Source of the DNA: Clostridiales bacterium
Lineage (GTDB): Bacteria; Bacillota; Clostridia; Christensenellales; UBA3700
NCBI GenBank assembly: GCA_014799575.1
Contig: JAAVHS010000020.1
Span: 11,990-49,431, forward strand
Direction of reading: 5' to 3'
Length of the DNA stretch: 37,442 nt
A program made the translations under genes and the position numbers. The notes beneath the pieces are model-generated. The model saw only the letters and a program-made list of their open reading frames with translations. It was not told the origin of the DNA and did no database searches. This document shows, one piece after another, positions 1 through 9,435 of the stretch. Position 1 is the stretch's first letter; every line of letters starts with the position of its first letter.

Positions 1-212
1 GAGCCGTAAGACGAAATCGTCATAAAATCTATCTGCACAGGAGTTTTCATTGCGCGTACGAGATCGCAAAAAAACATTACGCTTCCTTTCAATACGCTTA
101 CCGCAAGCGGCTTTTTGCCCTCGAAACGCTTGTCCAGCCATTCGGCGGCTTGATTTACTTTGTCTTTAATTTGCTCTTCGGAAAGGAATATGCTTTGCAA
201 ATCTCCGTTCAT
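1..212 (-). CDS. hpt: Hypoxanthine phosphoribosyltransferase, 5' part (runs off the window)
   Basis: Manual translation from ATG at 212: MNGDLQSIFLSEEQIKDKVNQAAEWLDKRFEGKKPLAVSVLKGSVMFFCDLVRAMKTPVQIDFMTISSYG, with the Hpt-typical VLKGS..F..DL and DFM..SSYG motifs. RBS AAGGAG at 221-226. Not in the ORF track. Confidence 0.93.
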   Translation of the reverse strand, partial: MNGDLQSIFLSEEQIKDKVNQAAEWLDKRFEGKKPLAVSVLKGSVMFFCDLVRAMKTPVQIDFMTISSYG

Positions 213-242
213 CTGAATTTCTCCTTTGTGAAACTTTTTATA

Positions 243-271
243 ATTATATCATATCTACTCGAAAAATGCAA
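243..271 (-). promoter_or_regulatory. Sigma-A promoter of hpt
   Basis: Minus strand TTGCAT-17 bp-TATAAT with an extended TGn. Confidence 0.65.
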
Positions 272-301
272 CGAGCTATATTGAAAAGTACGTCGGATAG
301 G

Positions 302-330
302 TTGCCAAAATTTTTATATTAAAGTAAAAT
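302..330 (+). promoter_or_regulatory. Probable sigma-A promoter of glmS
   Basis: TTGCCA(302-307)-17 bp-TAAAAT(325-330). Confidence 0.55.
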
Positions 331-447
331 GAAATAGTTGGCAATACCTTGTATCAACGCTTGAAGAGGGCGCATATATTGAAAAAAGGTCTTTTTCTTA
401 AAGAAAGAGAAATTGTTGTAATTCATTGCGAGGAGAAAGAGTAAATT

Positions 448-2262
448 ATGTGCGGAATCGTAGGCTATACCGGAACTCAGCAAGCAACTCCCATTTTGCT
501 TGACGGACTGAATCGTTTGGAATACCGCGGATACGATAGCAGCGGCATTGCTATTGTGAACGATAAAGAAATCGAAATTATGAAAATCAAGGGGCGTCTT
601 CGCGAACTTGAGAGAATTACCGAGGGCGTGAGCCCAATAGGCACGACGGGTATCGGACACACGCGTTGGGCAACGCATGGCGGTCCCAGCAACGAAAATG
701 CGCATCCTCATTACAGCCGTGACAAATCCTTTGCAGTGGTACATAACGGCATAATAGAAAACTATCTTGAAATGCGCGATTTTCTTTCCGAACGAGGTTT
801 TTCCTTCCGTTCGGAGACTGACACCGAAATCGTAGCTATGTTGTTGGAATACTACTACGAAGGGGACGTGCTTGACGCTATTATTAAAATGCGCAACAAG
901 ATTAAAGGCTCGTACGCTTTGGGAATAGTGCACCGTGGCGAAAGCGACGCTATTTACGCGTTACGCAAGGACTCTCCGCTTGTAATAGGTCTTGGAGAGG
1001 GGGAGAACTTCATCGCGTCGGATATCCCTGCTGCGCTTCCGTATACTCGCAAATTTATCATTCCCGACGAGAACGAAATCGCTCTGATTACGCCTGACAA
1101 CGTCACGATTTACAACCGCAATAAAGAGCAAATACAAAAGCCTGTGACCATATCCGATTTGAGCGTGGCGGATGCCGAAAAAGACGGATTCCCGCACTTT
1201 ATGTTAAAAGAGATACACGAGCAATCTGGGGCAATTCGCAAGACTGTGCACGACCGAATAACGCCCGACGGTATAAGGCTCGACCGTATTAAATTGGACG
1301 GGAGCAAAATTCGCAAGATTTTCGTCGTGGCTTGCGGTAGCGCTTATCATGCCGGAGTAGTGGGCAAGTACTTTATAGAAAAATACGCGCGCTTGGAAGT
1401 GGAAACCGACCTTGCCAGCGAATTTAGATACCGCGACCCGATCGTAGGACCTGATTGCTTGACAATCATTATCAGCCAATCGGGCGAGACCGCGGATTCT
1501 CTCGCCGCTTTGCGCGAGGCAAAACGGCGCGGTAGCCGAGTTTTGGCAATAGTAAACGTGGTGGATTCGAGTATTGCTCGCGAAGCGGACGACGTCTTAT
1601 ACACCCGCGCAGGACTTGAAATCGCGGTAGCCACAACGAAAGGCTACACTACGCAAGTCGCTGCGCTATGCTTGCTTGGGCTCAAACTCGCGCGTGACCG
1701 CGAAACTATTACGCAGGAGTTATACGACGAGTTGCTTTATGAACTTAAACAGACGCCTGAGACGCTTGCTCGATTTATAGACGACGTGAGCAACGTCGCG
1801 CAACATCTGGCGGGCAAATACTATACCGCATCCGACGCATATTTTATCGGGCGCGGCTATGACTGGGCGGCGGCTTTGGAAGGCGCGCTCAAACTCAAGG
1901 AAATATCGTATATTCACGCAGAGGCCTATGCGGCGGGCGAACTTAAACACGGAACTATTTCGCTGATAGAAAAGAATTCTTTGGTAATAGGTATAGCGAC
2001 AGAACCGACGTTGCTCGAAAAGACGCTTAGCAATATCAAAGAAGTACGCTCGCGCGGAGCAGCCGTCATCGGCATTACGGACGCTCCCGATTCAATAGGA
2101 GCGGAGTGCGACGATTTGATTGTTTTACCTAGCGGCAACAGCGCGTTCTCGTCTTTGTTTACCGCAGCGGCTTTGCAACTTTTTGCATACTATATCGCGG
2201 CTGCTCGCGGCGGCGATATCGACAAGCCGCGCAACTTGGCAAAGTCTGTAACGGTGGAATAA
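448..2262 (+). CDS. glmS: Glutamine--fructose-6-phosphate aminotransferase (isomerizing)
   Basis: MCGIVG N-terminus with catalytic Cys, GHTRWATHG, HNGIIEN, SQSGETAD, and C-terminal PRNLAKSVTVE. RBS GAGGAG. Confidence 0.99.
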   Translation: MCGIVGYTGTQQATPILLDGLNRLEYRGYDSSGIAIVNDKEIEIMKIKGRLRELERITEGVSPIGTTGIGHTRWATHGGPSNENAHPHYSRDKSFAVVHNGIIENYLEMRDFLSERGFSFRSETDTEIVAMLLEYYYEGDVLDAIIKMRNKIKGSYALGIVHRGESDAIYALRKDSPLVIGLGEGENFIASDIPAALPYTRKFIIPDENEIALITPDNVTIYNRNKEQIQKPVTISDLSVADAEKDGFPHFMLKEIHEQSGAIRKTVHDRITPDGIRLDRIKLDGSKIRKIFVVACGSAYHAGVVGKYFIEKYARLEVETDLASEFRYRDPIVGPDCLTIIISQSGETADSLAALREAKRRGSRVLAIVNVVDSSIAREADDVLYTRAGLEIAVATTKGYTTQVAALCLLGLKLARDRETITQELYDELLYELKQTPETLARFIDDVSNVAQHLAGKYYTASDAYFIGRGYDWAAALEGALKLKEISYIHAEAYAAGELKHGTISLIEKNSLVIGIATEPTLLEKTLSNIKEVRSRGAAVIGITDAPDSIGAECDDLIVLPSGNSAFSSLFTAAALQLFAYYIAAARGGDIDKPRNLAKSVTVE

Positions 2263-2283
2263 GTATTTAAAGTTGAGTCAATG

Positions 2284-2315
2284 AAAAGAAGTTGCCATTC
2301 GGCAACTTCTTTTTT
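2284..2315. terminator. Bidirectional intrinsic terminator between glmS and the GH38 gene
   Basis: AAAAGAAGTTGCC-ATTC-GGCAACTTCTTTTTT, a perfect stem with A/T tracts on both sides. Confidence 0.88.
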
Positions 2316-2347
2316 ATAGCGGAGCAATATTAACCTAAATCGAATTC

Positions 2348-5300
2348 TTACGGTTTATCCTTTTTTATAAATTTTATTAGTTTCAATTCAAAAGGTCTGA
2401 ATTCTAATATTTCATCAATATCGACGGTTTCATCTTCCATAACGTCAGTAATTCCCGATATTTCATATCCTTCAAAACTTACGGAACATTTTTCAATACT
2501 TTCGCTGCAATTATACAAACGCAAAACGGCCCCGCGATTATCATCGGATATTTTTACAGATTCAAGAATTATATTTGCATTATCACACGCAAATGGAGCG
2601 AAATCATCTAAGTTATCAACGCCTTGTACGATAACAGGCTCGTTGTTCACTTGATAAGCGTACTTGTAGGTTTCGGAAGAGAGCCTACCGCTATGCGTAT
2701 ATATTGCAAGTTTCAAAGTATGTGTTCCTTGGTCGACGTTCTTTCCCGGGCCTCCGAGCGGACTTCTGATTAAGTCAACGTCAATCACATTGCCTTTGCA
2801 TCTATAACCGTACTTGCAATCATTGAGAATGGAAATTCCGTATTCATCATTACTAATATCTACAAATTTTTGACCGGATACTTCAAACTGCGCTTTTTCA
2901 ACGCTGTTATTTTCGGTTGTTGCGCGTTTGATATGCCCGAAAGGAACGTTAAAACTACATTCATCACTGATTATGTCGACAGGGAATGCGACGCGCATCA
3001 TTTTACGCTTTTGGTGACAGTCAATCGTCAAATTCATATCGAGGATTTCACTGTTTTGCGCGAGGCTATAGACACATTTGATTGTACTTGCGCCAAGCCT
3101 GAACGTGCCTGTCGCTGTTGCGAGAGCGCCGTCAAGTCTGATTTCAAACGATTTGCATTTTGCATCCGATCGGCAGTTTTGGTAATGAATTGGATGAATA
3201 TCCCAGCAATTGCCGATATCCGTATAACTTGAAAATACGCCCATTTTCTTACCGCGCGGGATAAATTCACGATTGATAGTTTTATCAAAAAGCGAAACGA
3301 TACAGCCCTTTTTAAATTTAACGCGTAGTTTTTCATTCTCGATTGTATCATTTGTTATTTTGATTGTAAACTCATTTATCTTTTTCATATTAGCTACGGC
3401 AACAAATCCCATTGCGGGCGCAGAGTAAGCGTACCAATTGTCATCTATTTTGGAGATGCCGTTTTGCGCGAAAGAATTGAGATTAAGAATTCCTTTGCCG
3501 AAAAGTCCATTGGATAGGTTATCTATTCCGAAATTAAGCCTGTCAAGTATGGTTTCGTATCTTGCGACACTTTCATCATAAACTCTATTGATCGATGAAC
3601 CGGGCAGAATATCGTGGAATTGATAAAGCAATACTTCTTTCCAAAGTTTTTCCAATTCGTCGCTTGAGATAGGGAGTTCAATATTGCGATTCTTGGCAAG
3701 CAGCATAAGATATTCGTAATTTTTCAAAGCAAATTCGCATTTACGGTTATACTTTTTATTTTTGCTTTGCGTTGTGTACGTGCCTTGATGCCTCTCAAGA
3801 TAGAGTTCGCCAATATGCGTAGGATAATCGGTTTTTCCGTCATCAAGAATTTTGAAACTATCCAAGGCTTTTTTTGGCGTTACCTTAGGTATATTTGCAA
3901 TGTCCTTAAAACGGCGCATACGTTCTATATGCTCGTATCCCGGTCCTGCGCCGCCGTCGCCGATACCGTAAAGCATGATTGCATGATCGCTGATTGAGCG
4001 CTCCTGATAATTTTTCTCTCCGAATTTTAGATGATGTCCGCTAACCGGACCGTTGTACGTATCATCGGGGAGCATATGCGCAAATACTTCAGACCCATCT
4101 GGCGACTGCCATTTGAAAGTATGATACGGAAATTTATTTACTGTATTCCAACTCAATTTCTGTGTGAGGAAATAGGGAACTCCTGCAAGTTTCATGACTT
4201 GCGGAAGGCATGCGGAATAGCCAAAACTATCCGGCAACCACAGGATTTTCATATCTTGAGAGAATTCCTCGCGGAAAAATTTTTTGCCGTAATAGAATTG
4301 CCTTATCATGCTTTCGCCGCTGATGAGATTGGAATCCATTTCTACCCACGTTGCGCCCTGTACGTCCCAATTAGGCGTTTTTGCCGCCTCTATTACACGC
4401 TCATAAAGATGGGGATAACCTTCTTTAATCCAATCGTAAAGCTGAGCCTGCGACGCGCCGAAAATATAATCGGGATATTTTTCAATATTATGCAATTGAG
4501 AACTGAAAGTGCGCGCGCCTTTCCGTTTGCTTTCTCTAATAGGCCATTTCCACGCAAGGTCAAGATGGGCGTGACCGACTGCGAAATATTCAAACGGTTT
4601 GCCGTTGTTCTTTTGTTCAAGAAGCGGGGCAATTTGTTTTCGTAAATCAATAGCCGTTTCATCGGTTATCTTTCTATATGAGCGCAACAATCTCTTACAC
4701 AGTTTGTAGATATCTTTCGCGTATTCACCGTTATTGGTATCATATACAGATATCAATACTTGCAAATCATAGGCAAGCGCGCGGATATTATCATTACGTA
4801 CCGCAACGCAAGCCTCAGCTATAGCCGCTCTTTTTTTAAGATTTCCGAACAAATCGTTTGCGGCCGCATCTACCCATAAATCAACGATACCGTTTGTTGA
4901 AAAATCATCAACGACGCGTTTTACAGGAAATCCCAAAGAATAATCAAAATGCGAAGCAGAGCACGTAATTGATTGTACTTCCGTGCCGTCGGCCTTGCAT
5001 ACCAATCCTTCTCCTCCGAGATTTAAAAGATAAACGATATTTTTACCGTCGGGGATAGAAGGAATTTTGCCCGTGACATGAAACCATGCGCAATCAAAAT
5101 TGTTTTTGGCCCATACGTCGCCGACCTTGATATTTTCTATTTTTCTTCCCGAAAAACGTTCTTCAAACGTCAAAGGCTCATTGCTTACGTATGCGGTCAT
5201 CTCAAGATTCGCAATAGGCGTGTAGGATATATCAAACAAGTAATCAATCATCACATCAATTCGTTGTCGATTTATCATATCATAGACGTGTAGTCCGCCT

Positions 5301-5377
5301 TTGTCTTTACGGCTTGTATTGATGCGTTTTATTTTGTTGTAAAAGCCGATTGCTTTTTGGGTAAACGTTTTTTTCAT
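2348..5377 (-). CDS. Alpha-mannosidase, glycoside hydrolase family 38 (no signal peptide)
   Basis: Zn-binding GHAHLDLAW, nucleophile motif WLPDSFGYS, YGIGDGGAGP, GELYLERHQGTYTTQ and QFHDILPGS; about 1000 aa. The exact start codon is uncertain. Confidence 0.95.
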   Translation of the reverse strand: MKKTFTQKAIGFYNKIKRINTSRKDKGGLHVYDMINRQRIDVMIDYLFDISYTPIANLEMTAYVSNEPLTFEERFSGRKIENIKVGDVWAKNNFDCAWFHVTGKIPSIPDGKNIVYLLNLGGEGLVCKADGTEVQSITCSASHFDYSLGFPVKRVVDDFSTNGIVDLWVDAAANDLFGNLKKRAAIAEACVAVRNDNIRALAYDLQVLISVYDTNNGEYAKDIYKLCKRLLRSYRKITDETAIDLRKQIAPLLEQKNNGKPFEYFAVGHAHLDLAWKWPIRESKRKGARTFSSQLHNIEKYPDYIFGASQAQLYDWIKEGYPHLYERVIEAAKTPNWDVQGATWVEMDSNLISGESMIRQFYYGKKFFREEFSQDMKILWLPDSFGYSACLPQVMKLAGVPYFLTQKLSWNTVNKFPYHTFKWQSPDGSEVFAHMLPDDTYNGPVSGHHLKFGEKNYQERSISDHAIMLYGIGDGGAGPGYEHIERMRRFKDIANIPKVTPKKALDSFKILDDGKTDYPTHIGELYLERHQGTYTTQSKNKKYNRKCEFALKNYEYLMLLAKNRNIELPISSDELEKLWKEVLLYQFHDILPGSSINRVYDESVARYETILDRLNFGIDNLSNGLFGKGILNLNSFAQNGISKIDDNWYAYSAPAMGFVAVANMKKINEFTIKITNDTIENEKLRVKFKKGCIVSLFDKTINREFIPRGKKMGVFSSYTDIGNCWDIHPIHYQNCRSDAKCKSFEIRLDGALATATGTFRLGASTIKCVYSLAQNSEILDMNLTIDCHQKRKMMRVAFPVDIISDECSFNVPFGHIKRATTENNSVEKAQFEVSGQKFVDISNDEYGISILNDCKYGYRCKGNVIDVDLIRSPLGGPGKNVDQGTHTLKLAIYTHSGRLSSETYKYAYQVNNEPVIVQGVDNLDDFAPFACDNANIILESVKISDDNRGAVLRLYNCSESIEKCSVSFEGYEISGITDVMEDETVDIDEILEFRPFELKLIKFIKKDKP

Positions 5378-5446
5378 AATGCATTCTGTTAAGTTTTATC
5401 AACCGCAATTGAAAAACTTAGCAATTCCCCCTTTTTGCCTAACAGT

Positions 5447-5475
5447 ATTATATCACAATAAAATTAGTCTGTCAT
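5447..5475 (-). promoter_or_regulatory. Probable sigma-A promoter of the GH38 gene
   Basis: Minus strand ATGACA-17 bp-TATAAT with an extended TG. Confidence 0.5.
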
Positions 5476-5580
5476 TATAATAAATCACGTTCTTTTTTAG
5501 ATATAAAAATGTGGCGTCGCTATTTCTATATCGCGATTTTGTAACTATGAAAAGGAATTGTAGTAAAAGCAGAGTAATAG

Positions 5581-5609
5581 AAAAAGTGAGATGGGCTACA
5601 TCTCACTTT
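5581..5609 (-). terminator. Intrinsic terminator downstream of tRNA-Ser
   Basis: AAAGTGAGATG-N5-CATCTCACTTT stem, followed by a T run on the minus strand. Confidence 0.75.
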
Positions 5610-5641
5610 CTATTACTAGCCAAAAGACAACTTCTTGGCTA

Positions 5642-5732
5642 TGGCGGAGAAAGAGGGATTTGAACCCTCGCTACGCTTTCACGTACTACTCCCTTAGCAG
5701 GGGAGCCCCTTCGGCCTCTTGGGTATTTCTCC
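5642..5732 (-). tRNA. tRNA-Ser (anticodon GCT)
   Basis: Reverse complement GGAGAAA...CTCCC-CT-GCT-AA-GGGAG, long variable arm, GGTTCAAATCC T-arm and encoded 3' CCA; 91 nt. Confidence 0.98.
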
Positions 5733-5771
5733 AAAGTAAATTGATTGAGTATTGTTGCGTATTGCAAAAGT

Positions 5772-5800
5772 ATAATAGCATATTTTTTAGTGCTTGTCAA
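5772..5800 (-). promoter_or_regulatory. Sigma-A promoter of tRNA-Ser
   Basis: Minus strand TTGACA-17 bp-TATTAT with an extended TGn. Confidence 0.75.
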
Positions 5801-5899
5801 AATATTTTTCTATATTTGTAAAGACAATTTGAAAAGACGGTTGGAAATCGTTGGTTGCGCGGTGTCGAAAAGAGTCGATAAATTGTATAAAAACGTGGA

Positions 5900-5934
5900 A
5901 TTTCGATTTGTGACGACGGCATTTCGATTTGTGA
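5900..5934. repeat. 14-bp direct repeat ATTTCGATTTGTGA, two copies
   Basis: Exact copies at 5900-5913 and 5921-5934 (21-bp period); partial third copy ATTTGTGA at 5961-5968. Confidence 0.8.
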
Positions 5935-6200
5935 ATTTTGACAAATTTACAAATAGGTATATTTGTGATTTGGTTATACAAATTTGTAAAAAAATTGAAA
6001 AATATTGAAATTTATGCAAAAAATTTTCGTGTTTCTCATTGAATTTAGCAAAATTATGTGTTAAACTAATAGTGTAATTGTGTGAAAAACTTGCTCAATG
6101 CATTTTTTAGAAAGCAATTGACTAGAATAATAGATGAACAAAAGCGAGAAATAGCAGAGTTAAATCCGAAGAAATATATTAGGAACGGGAGGACGGCAAA

Positions 6201-6611
6201 ATGGCAAAAGTTGTAGAGAATGAAAGAAGAGGTAGATTCGTATACAGAAAGACCGAGAAGGGTAATTACGTTTACAAATTGTATGCCGCTAACCATAAAG
6301 TTATTGCAACGAACGGAGGCACGTATTCTTCGCTCGGAGCGTTGAAGACGGGTATCAACAGCGTCATTAACAATGCCGAAACCGCGCCTATTGAGGACTG
6401 GACTTTGGTCAACGTAGTTGAGCAGAAATGTCCGAAGTGGGTTATCTTCCTTGATGCAAGAGGCGAATATAGATTTAGACTTTTGGCTTCCAACGGTCAA
6501 GTAGTTTGCACGCCCAACGACGGATATCTTTCCAAAGACGCTTGCAAGGTAGGTATGAAGTCTATCGCAAGAACCGCCGCCACCGCAATCGTCGTTGCCG
6601 ACGAGGACTAA
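6201..6611 (+). CDS. YegP/DUF1508 (UPF0339) family protein with two tandem domains
   Basis: Two repeats of the type G.Y.F.L.A.N..VI.....Y.S.......GI.S. RBS GGAGG. Confidence 0.85.
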   Translation: MAKVVENERRGRFVYRKTEKGNYVYKLYAANHKVIATNGGTYSSLGALKTGINSVINNAETAPIEDWTLVNVVEQKCPKWVIFLDARGEYRFRLLASNGQVVCTPNDGYLSKDACKVGMKSIARTAATAIVVADED

Positions 6612-6629
6612 TTTTAAAAAATAGTAGAG

Positions 6630-6657
6630 AAAAAGCGAGCCGCAAGGTTCGCTTTTT
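6630..6657. terminator. Bidirectional intrinsic terminator
   Basis: AAAAAGCGAGCC-GCAA-GGTTCGCTTTTT between convergent genes. Confidence 0.85.
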
Positions 6658-6697
6658 GTATTGCAAAAAATATGATTTTTTCTTTCATTTCGTGACG

Positions 6698-7867
6698 TCA
6701 CATCACTTGCATTACGAAGAATTTAAGGTAAAGGCTTTCGTCGGTGGAAAGCATTGACGGATGGTCGGGCGATTGCGTGCGTATCTCGACGATACGAACC
6801 TTTCGACCGCTTTCGCGCGCCGCGTCGCAAAGCATATTTTGGAATAGCGGAAACGTCATATAATGCGAGCAGGACGACGAGATAAGGTAGCCGCCGCTCT
6901 TGACGAGTTTCATTCCCAATATATTGATGTCTTTATAGCCTTTATAAGCGTTTTTGACCTCGCTTGCGCTTTTGCAAAAAGCGGGCGGATCGAGTATAAT
7001 CGTATCGAAAGTCTTGCCCTCTCTTTTAAACTGACGAAGAACTTCGAAGACGTCGCCTTGCATAGTCGTAATATTGGAAAGATTATTGAGCATAGCGTTT
7101 TGTCTGACATCGGAAAGCGCTTGTTCGGAAATATCCAAAGAGATTACGTTGTTTGCGCCTGCAATAGCGCAGTTGAGCGAAAAGCCGCCCGAATTGCAAA
7201 AGCAGTCGAGCACTTCGCGATCTTTGGAATATCTGCGCAAAGCAAAGCGGTTTTCCTTTTGGTCGAGGAAATATCCCGTCTTCTGTCCGTTCTCCAAATC
7301 TACGAGCATTTTCAGCCCGTTTTCTTCAATTATTACTTTGGCGTCGAAATCGCCGTAAATCTTGCCTTTACGCAATGGCAGTCCCTCTTTTTCTCTGACG
7401 AGTACGTCGCTGCGCTCATAGATACCGCGAGGATTGAAAATATCTATTAAGGCTTTGATAATGATATCTTTATTCTTTTCAATACCCAAAGAGAGCAATT
7501 GTACGCTCAGTACGTCTGCGTACTTGTCGACGATAAGGGCGGGCAGGTTGTCGCTTTCGGCGAAAACTACGCGATAGCAGTTGTCATAACCGAGCGCGAG
7601 ACGGTAGTCGTTGGCTTTCTTAATAGCGTTGTAATAATAATCGTAATCGGGGATTGATTCGTCCCTAATGAAAATACGCACTAGTATTTTGGAAAGGTGG
7701 TTGATATATCCCTTGCCGATGTAGCGACCGTTGAAGTCGTACACGGTGGCGAGAGAGCCGTTTTTGTCCTTGCCTTCAATGCGCGCAACTTCGTTGGCGT
7801 AGACCCACGGATGACCTGCGACAATGCGCTTTTCTTCGTTATTTTTCAAATATACGTTGTATGGCAT
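6698..7867 (-). CDS. RlmI/YwbD-like class I SAM-dependent rRNA methyltransferase with an N-terminal PUA domain
   Basis: GHPWVYANE, GQKTGYFLDQKENR, SAM-binding VLDCFCNSGGF, IILDPPAF, SSCS and C-terminal YLKF. Confidence 0.93.
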   Translation of the reverse strand: MPYNVYLKNNEEKRIVAGHPWVYANEVARIEGKDKNGSLATVYDFNGRYIGKGYINHLSKILVRIFIRDESIPDYDYYYNAIKKANDYRLALGYDNCYRVVFAESDNLPALIVDKYADVLSVQLLSLGIEKNKDIIIKALIDIFNPRGIYERSDVLVREKEGLPLRKGKIYGDFDAKVIIEENGLKMLVDLENGQKTGYFLDQKENRFALRRYSKDREVLDCFCNSGGFSLNCAIAGANNVISLDISEQALSDVRQNAMLNNLSNITTMQGDVFEVLRQFKREGKTFDTIILDPPAFCKSASEVKNAYKGYKDINILGMKLVKSGGYLISSSCSHYMTFPLFQNMLCDAARESGRKVRIVEIRTQSPDHPSMLSTDESLYLKFFVMQVM

Positions 7868-7873
7868 AAGTCA

Positions 7874-7902
7874 ATTATATCACTTGTATGCAAGAAAAGC
7901 AA
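7874..7902 (-). promoter_or_regulatory. Sigma-A promoter abutting the methyltransferase start codon (likely leaderless)
   Basis: TTGCTT-17 bp-(TGA)TATAAT-6 nt-ATG, with no Shine-Dalgarno. Confidence 0.7.
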
Positions 7903-7980
7903 ACAAAGCGTATTGCAATCGCTCTCAATATGTAGTAATATATAATAAATATAATTTAACAATATTAAGGACATTATTTT

Positions 7981-9435
7981 ATGAGCGGAAAAAAATCGGG
8001 AATACTTTTGCCAATATTTTCTTTGCCGTCCAAGTATTCTATCGGCAGTCTTGGCAAGAGCGCGTACAAATTCGTAGACTTTCTCAAAGAATGCGGACAG
8101 AGTTATTGGCAGGTGCTTCCGCTCAATCCGACGATTTTCGGCGATTCGCCTTATCAGTCGCCGTCGGCTTTTGCAGGCAATCATTATTTTATAGATATAG
8201 ATATGCTCGTCAAGGACGGATTGCTCGACAAGGATTATGCCGAGGGATTTGCAAAGGAAAGCGAAAGGATAGATTACGGCTATCTATTTGAAAGCAGACT
8301 GTTTTTGCTGAAAAAAGCTTTCGAGAGATTTGACATCAATAAAAAAGACTATATTGAGTTCAAAGAGCAAAACAAGTTTTGGTTGGACGACTATGCGCTG
8401 TTTATGTCGATAAAGGAATACAACAACAATTCCGAATGGTCGGAGTGGGCGGACGACGAGAAGTACAGAAAGAATATACCTGCGCTTTGCAGAAAGTACG
8501 TCGGCAGTATGGAATTTTGGCATTTCGCGCAATACGAATTCTACGCTCAATACGCGAAGTTGAAAAAGTACGCTAATTCGAAAGGTATCGAGATAATCGG
8601 CGATATGCCCATATACGTCGCTTACGACAGCGCGGACGTGTGGTCGAATCCCGACAACTATCTTCTCGACGAAAAACTCTCGCCGACTTTGGTCGCAGGC
8701 GTTCCGCCCGATTTGTTCTCCGAGGACGGTCAACTTTGGGGCAATCCCATTTACGACTGGAAGAAGATGAAGAAAGACAAGTTCGCTTGGTGGGTGGAGA
8801 GATTGAAAGTCGGCTATAAACTCTATGACGTAATCCGCATAGACCATTTCAGAGGTTTCGCGGGATACTACGTCGTTGAGAAAGGCGAAAAGACGGCGAA
8901 GAAAGGCGAATGGCTCAAAGGCGTGGGAATAACTTTCTTCGACGAGTTGAACAAACAACTTCCCGACGCAAAGATTATCGCCGAAGATTTGGGCGTAATC
9001 ACGCCCGACGTGAGAAGGCTTCTCAAAAAGACGGGATATCCGGGAATGAAGGTCTTGCAGTTCGCTTTCGGAGACAAGGACAGCGACTATCTGCCCAAAA
9101 ATATTAAATCGTCCAACTGCATCGTCTACACGGGCACGCACGACAATATGACTACCGCGCAGTGGATAGACGAGATAAGCGATAGCGAAAAAGAGTTGTT
9201 CAAAAAGGTGTGCAAGCCGAAAAAGGGCGAGACGCCTTGCGAGAGCCTTATCCGCGTGGCTATGTCTACCAAAGCCGAAAGAGTAATTATCCCTATGGCG
9301 GACTATTTGGAGATAGGCGAAGAAGGCCGTATCAACGCGCCGTCGACGACTGGCGATAATTGGACATGGCGATTGGATAGTAAGTATAATACGGCAAAGT
9401 TGAGAGAGAAAATTAAAAGGTTGAGCCAACGATGA
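7981..9435 (+). CDS. malQ: 4-alpha-glucanotransferase (amylomaltase, GH77)
   Basis: SGILLPIFSLP, WQVLPLNP, GDMPIYV, GQLWGNP, RIDHFRG, IAEDLG and YTGTHDN. Confidence 0.97.
   Translation: MSGKKSGILLPIFSLPSKYSIGSLGKSAYKFVDFLKECGQSYWQVLPLNPTIFGDSPYQSPSAFAGNHYFIDIDMLVKDGLLDKDYAEGFAKESERIDYGYLFESRLFLLKKAFERFDINKKDYIEFKEQNKFWLDDYALFMSIKEYNNNSEWSEWADDEKYRKNIPALCRKYVGSMEFWHFAQYEFYAQYAKLKKYANSKGIEIIGDMPIYVAYDSADVWSNPDNYLLDEKLSPTLVAGVPPDLFSEDGQLWGNPIYDWKKMKKDKFAWWVERLKVGYKLYDVIRIDHFRGFAGYYVVEKGEKTAKKGEWLKGVGITFFDELNKQLPDAKIIAEDLGVITPDVRRLLKKTGYPGMKVLQFAFGDKDSDYLPKNIKSSNCIVYTGTHDNMTTAQWIDEISDSEKELFKKVCKPKKGETPCESLIRVAMSTKAERVIIPMADYLEIGEEGRINAPSTTGDNWTWRLDSKYNTAKLREKIKRLSQR

Noticed and set aside
226-243. 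Rex-like box TTGTGAA-N4-TTTATAA upstream of hpt, and similar TTGTGA strings near 5929-5981
   Set aside because: Two mismatches in AT-rich DNA, the other copies have the wrong spacing, and hpt is not a typical Rex target.
5900-5968. Direct repeats as a mini CRISPR array or plasmid iterons
   Set aside because: Only two full 14-bp copies with a 7-bp gap, and no cas or rep gene nearby.
5591-6019. Short ORFs of 64-87 aa across the tRNA and intergenic region
   Set aside because: They overlap the tRNA or its promoter, lack an RBS and show no protein-like motifs.
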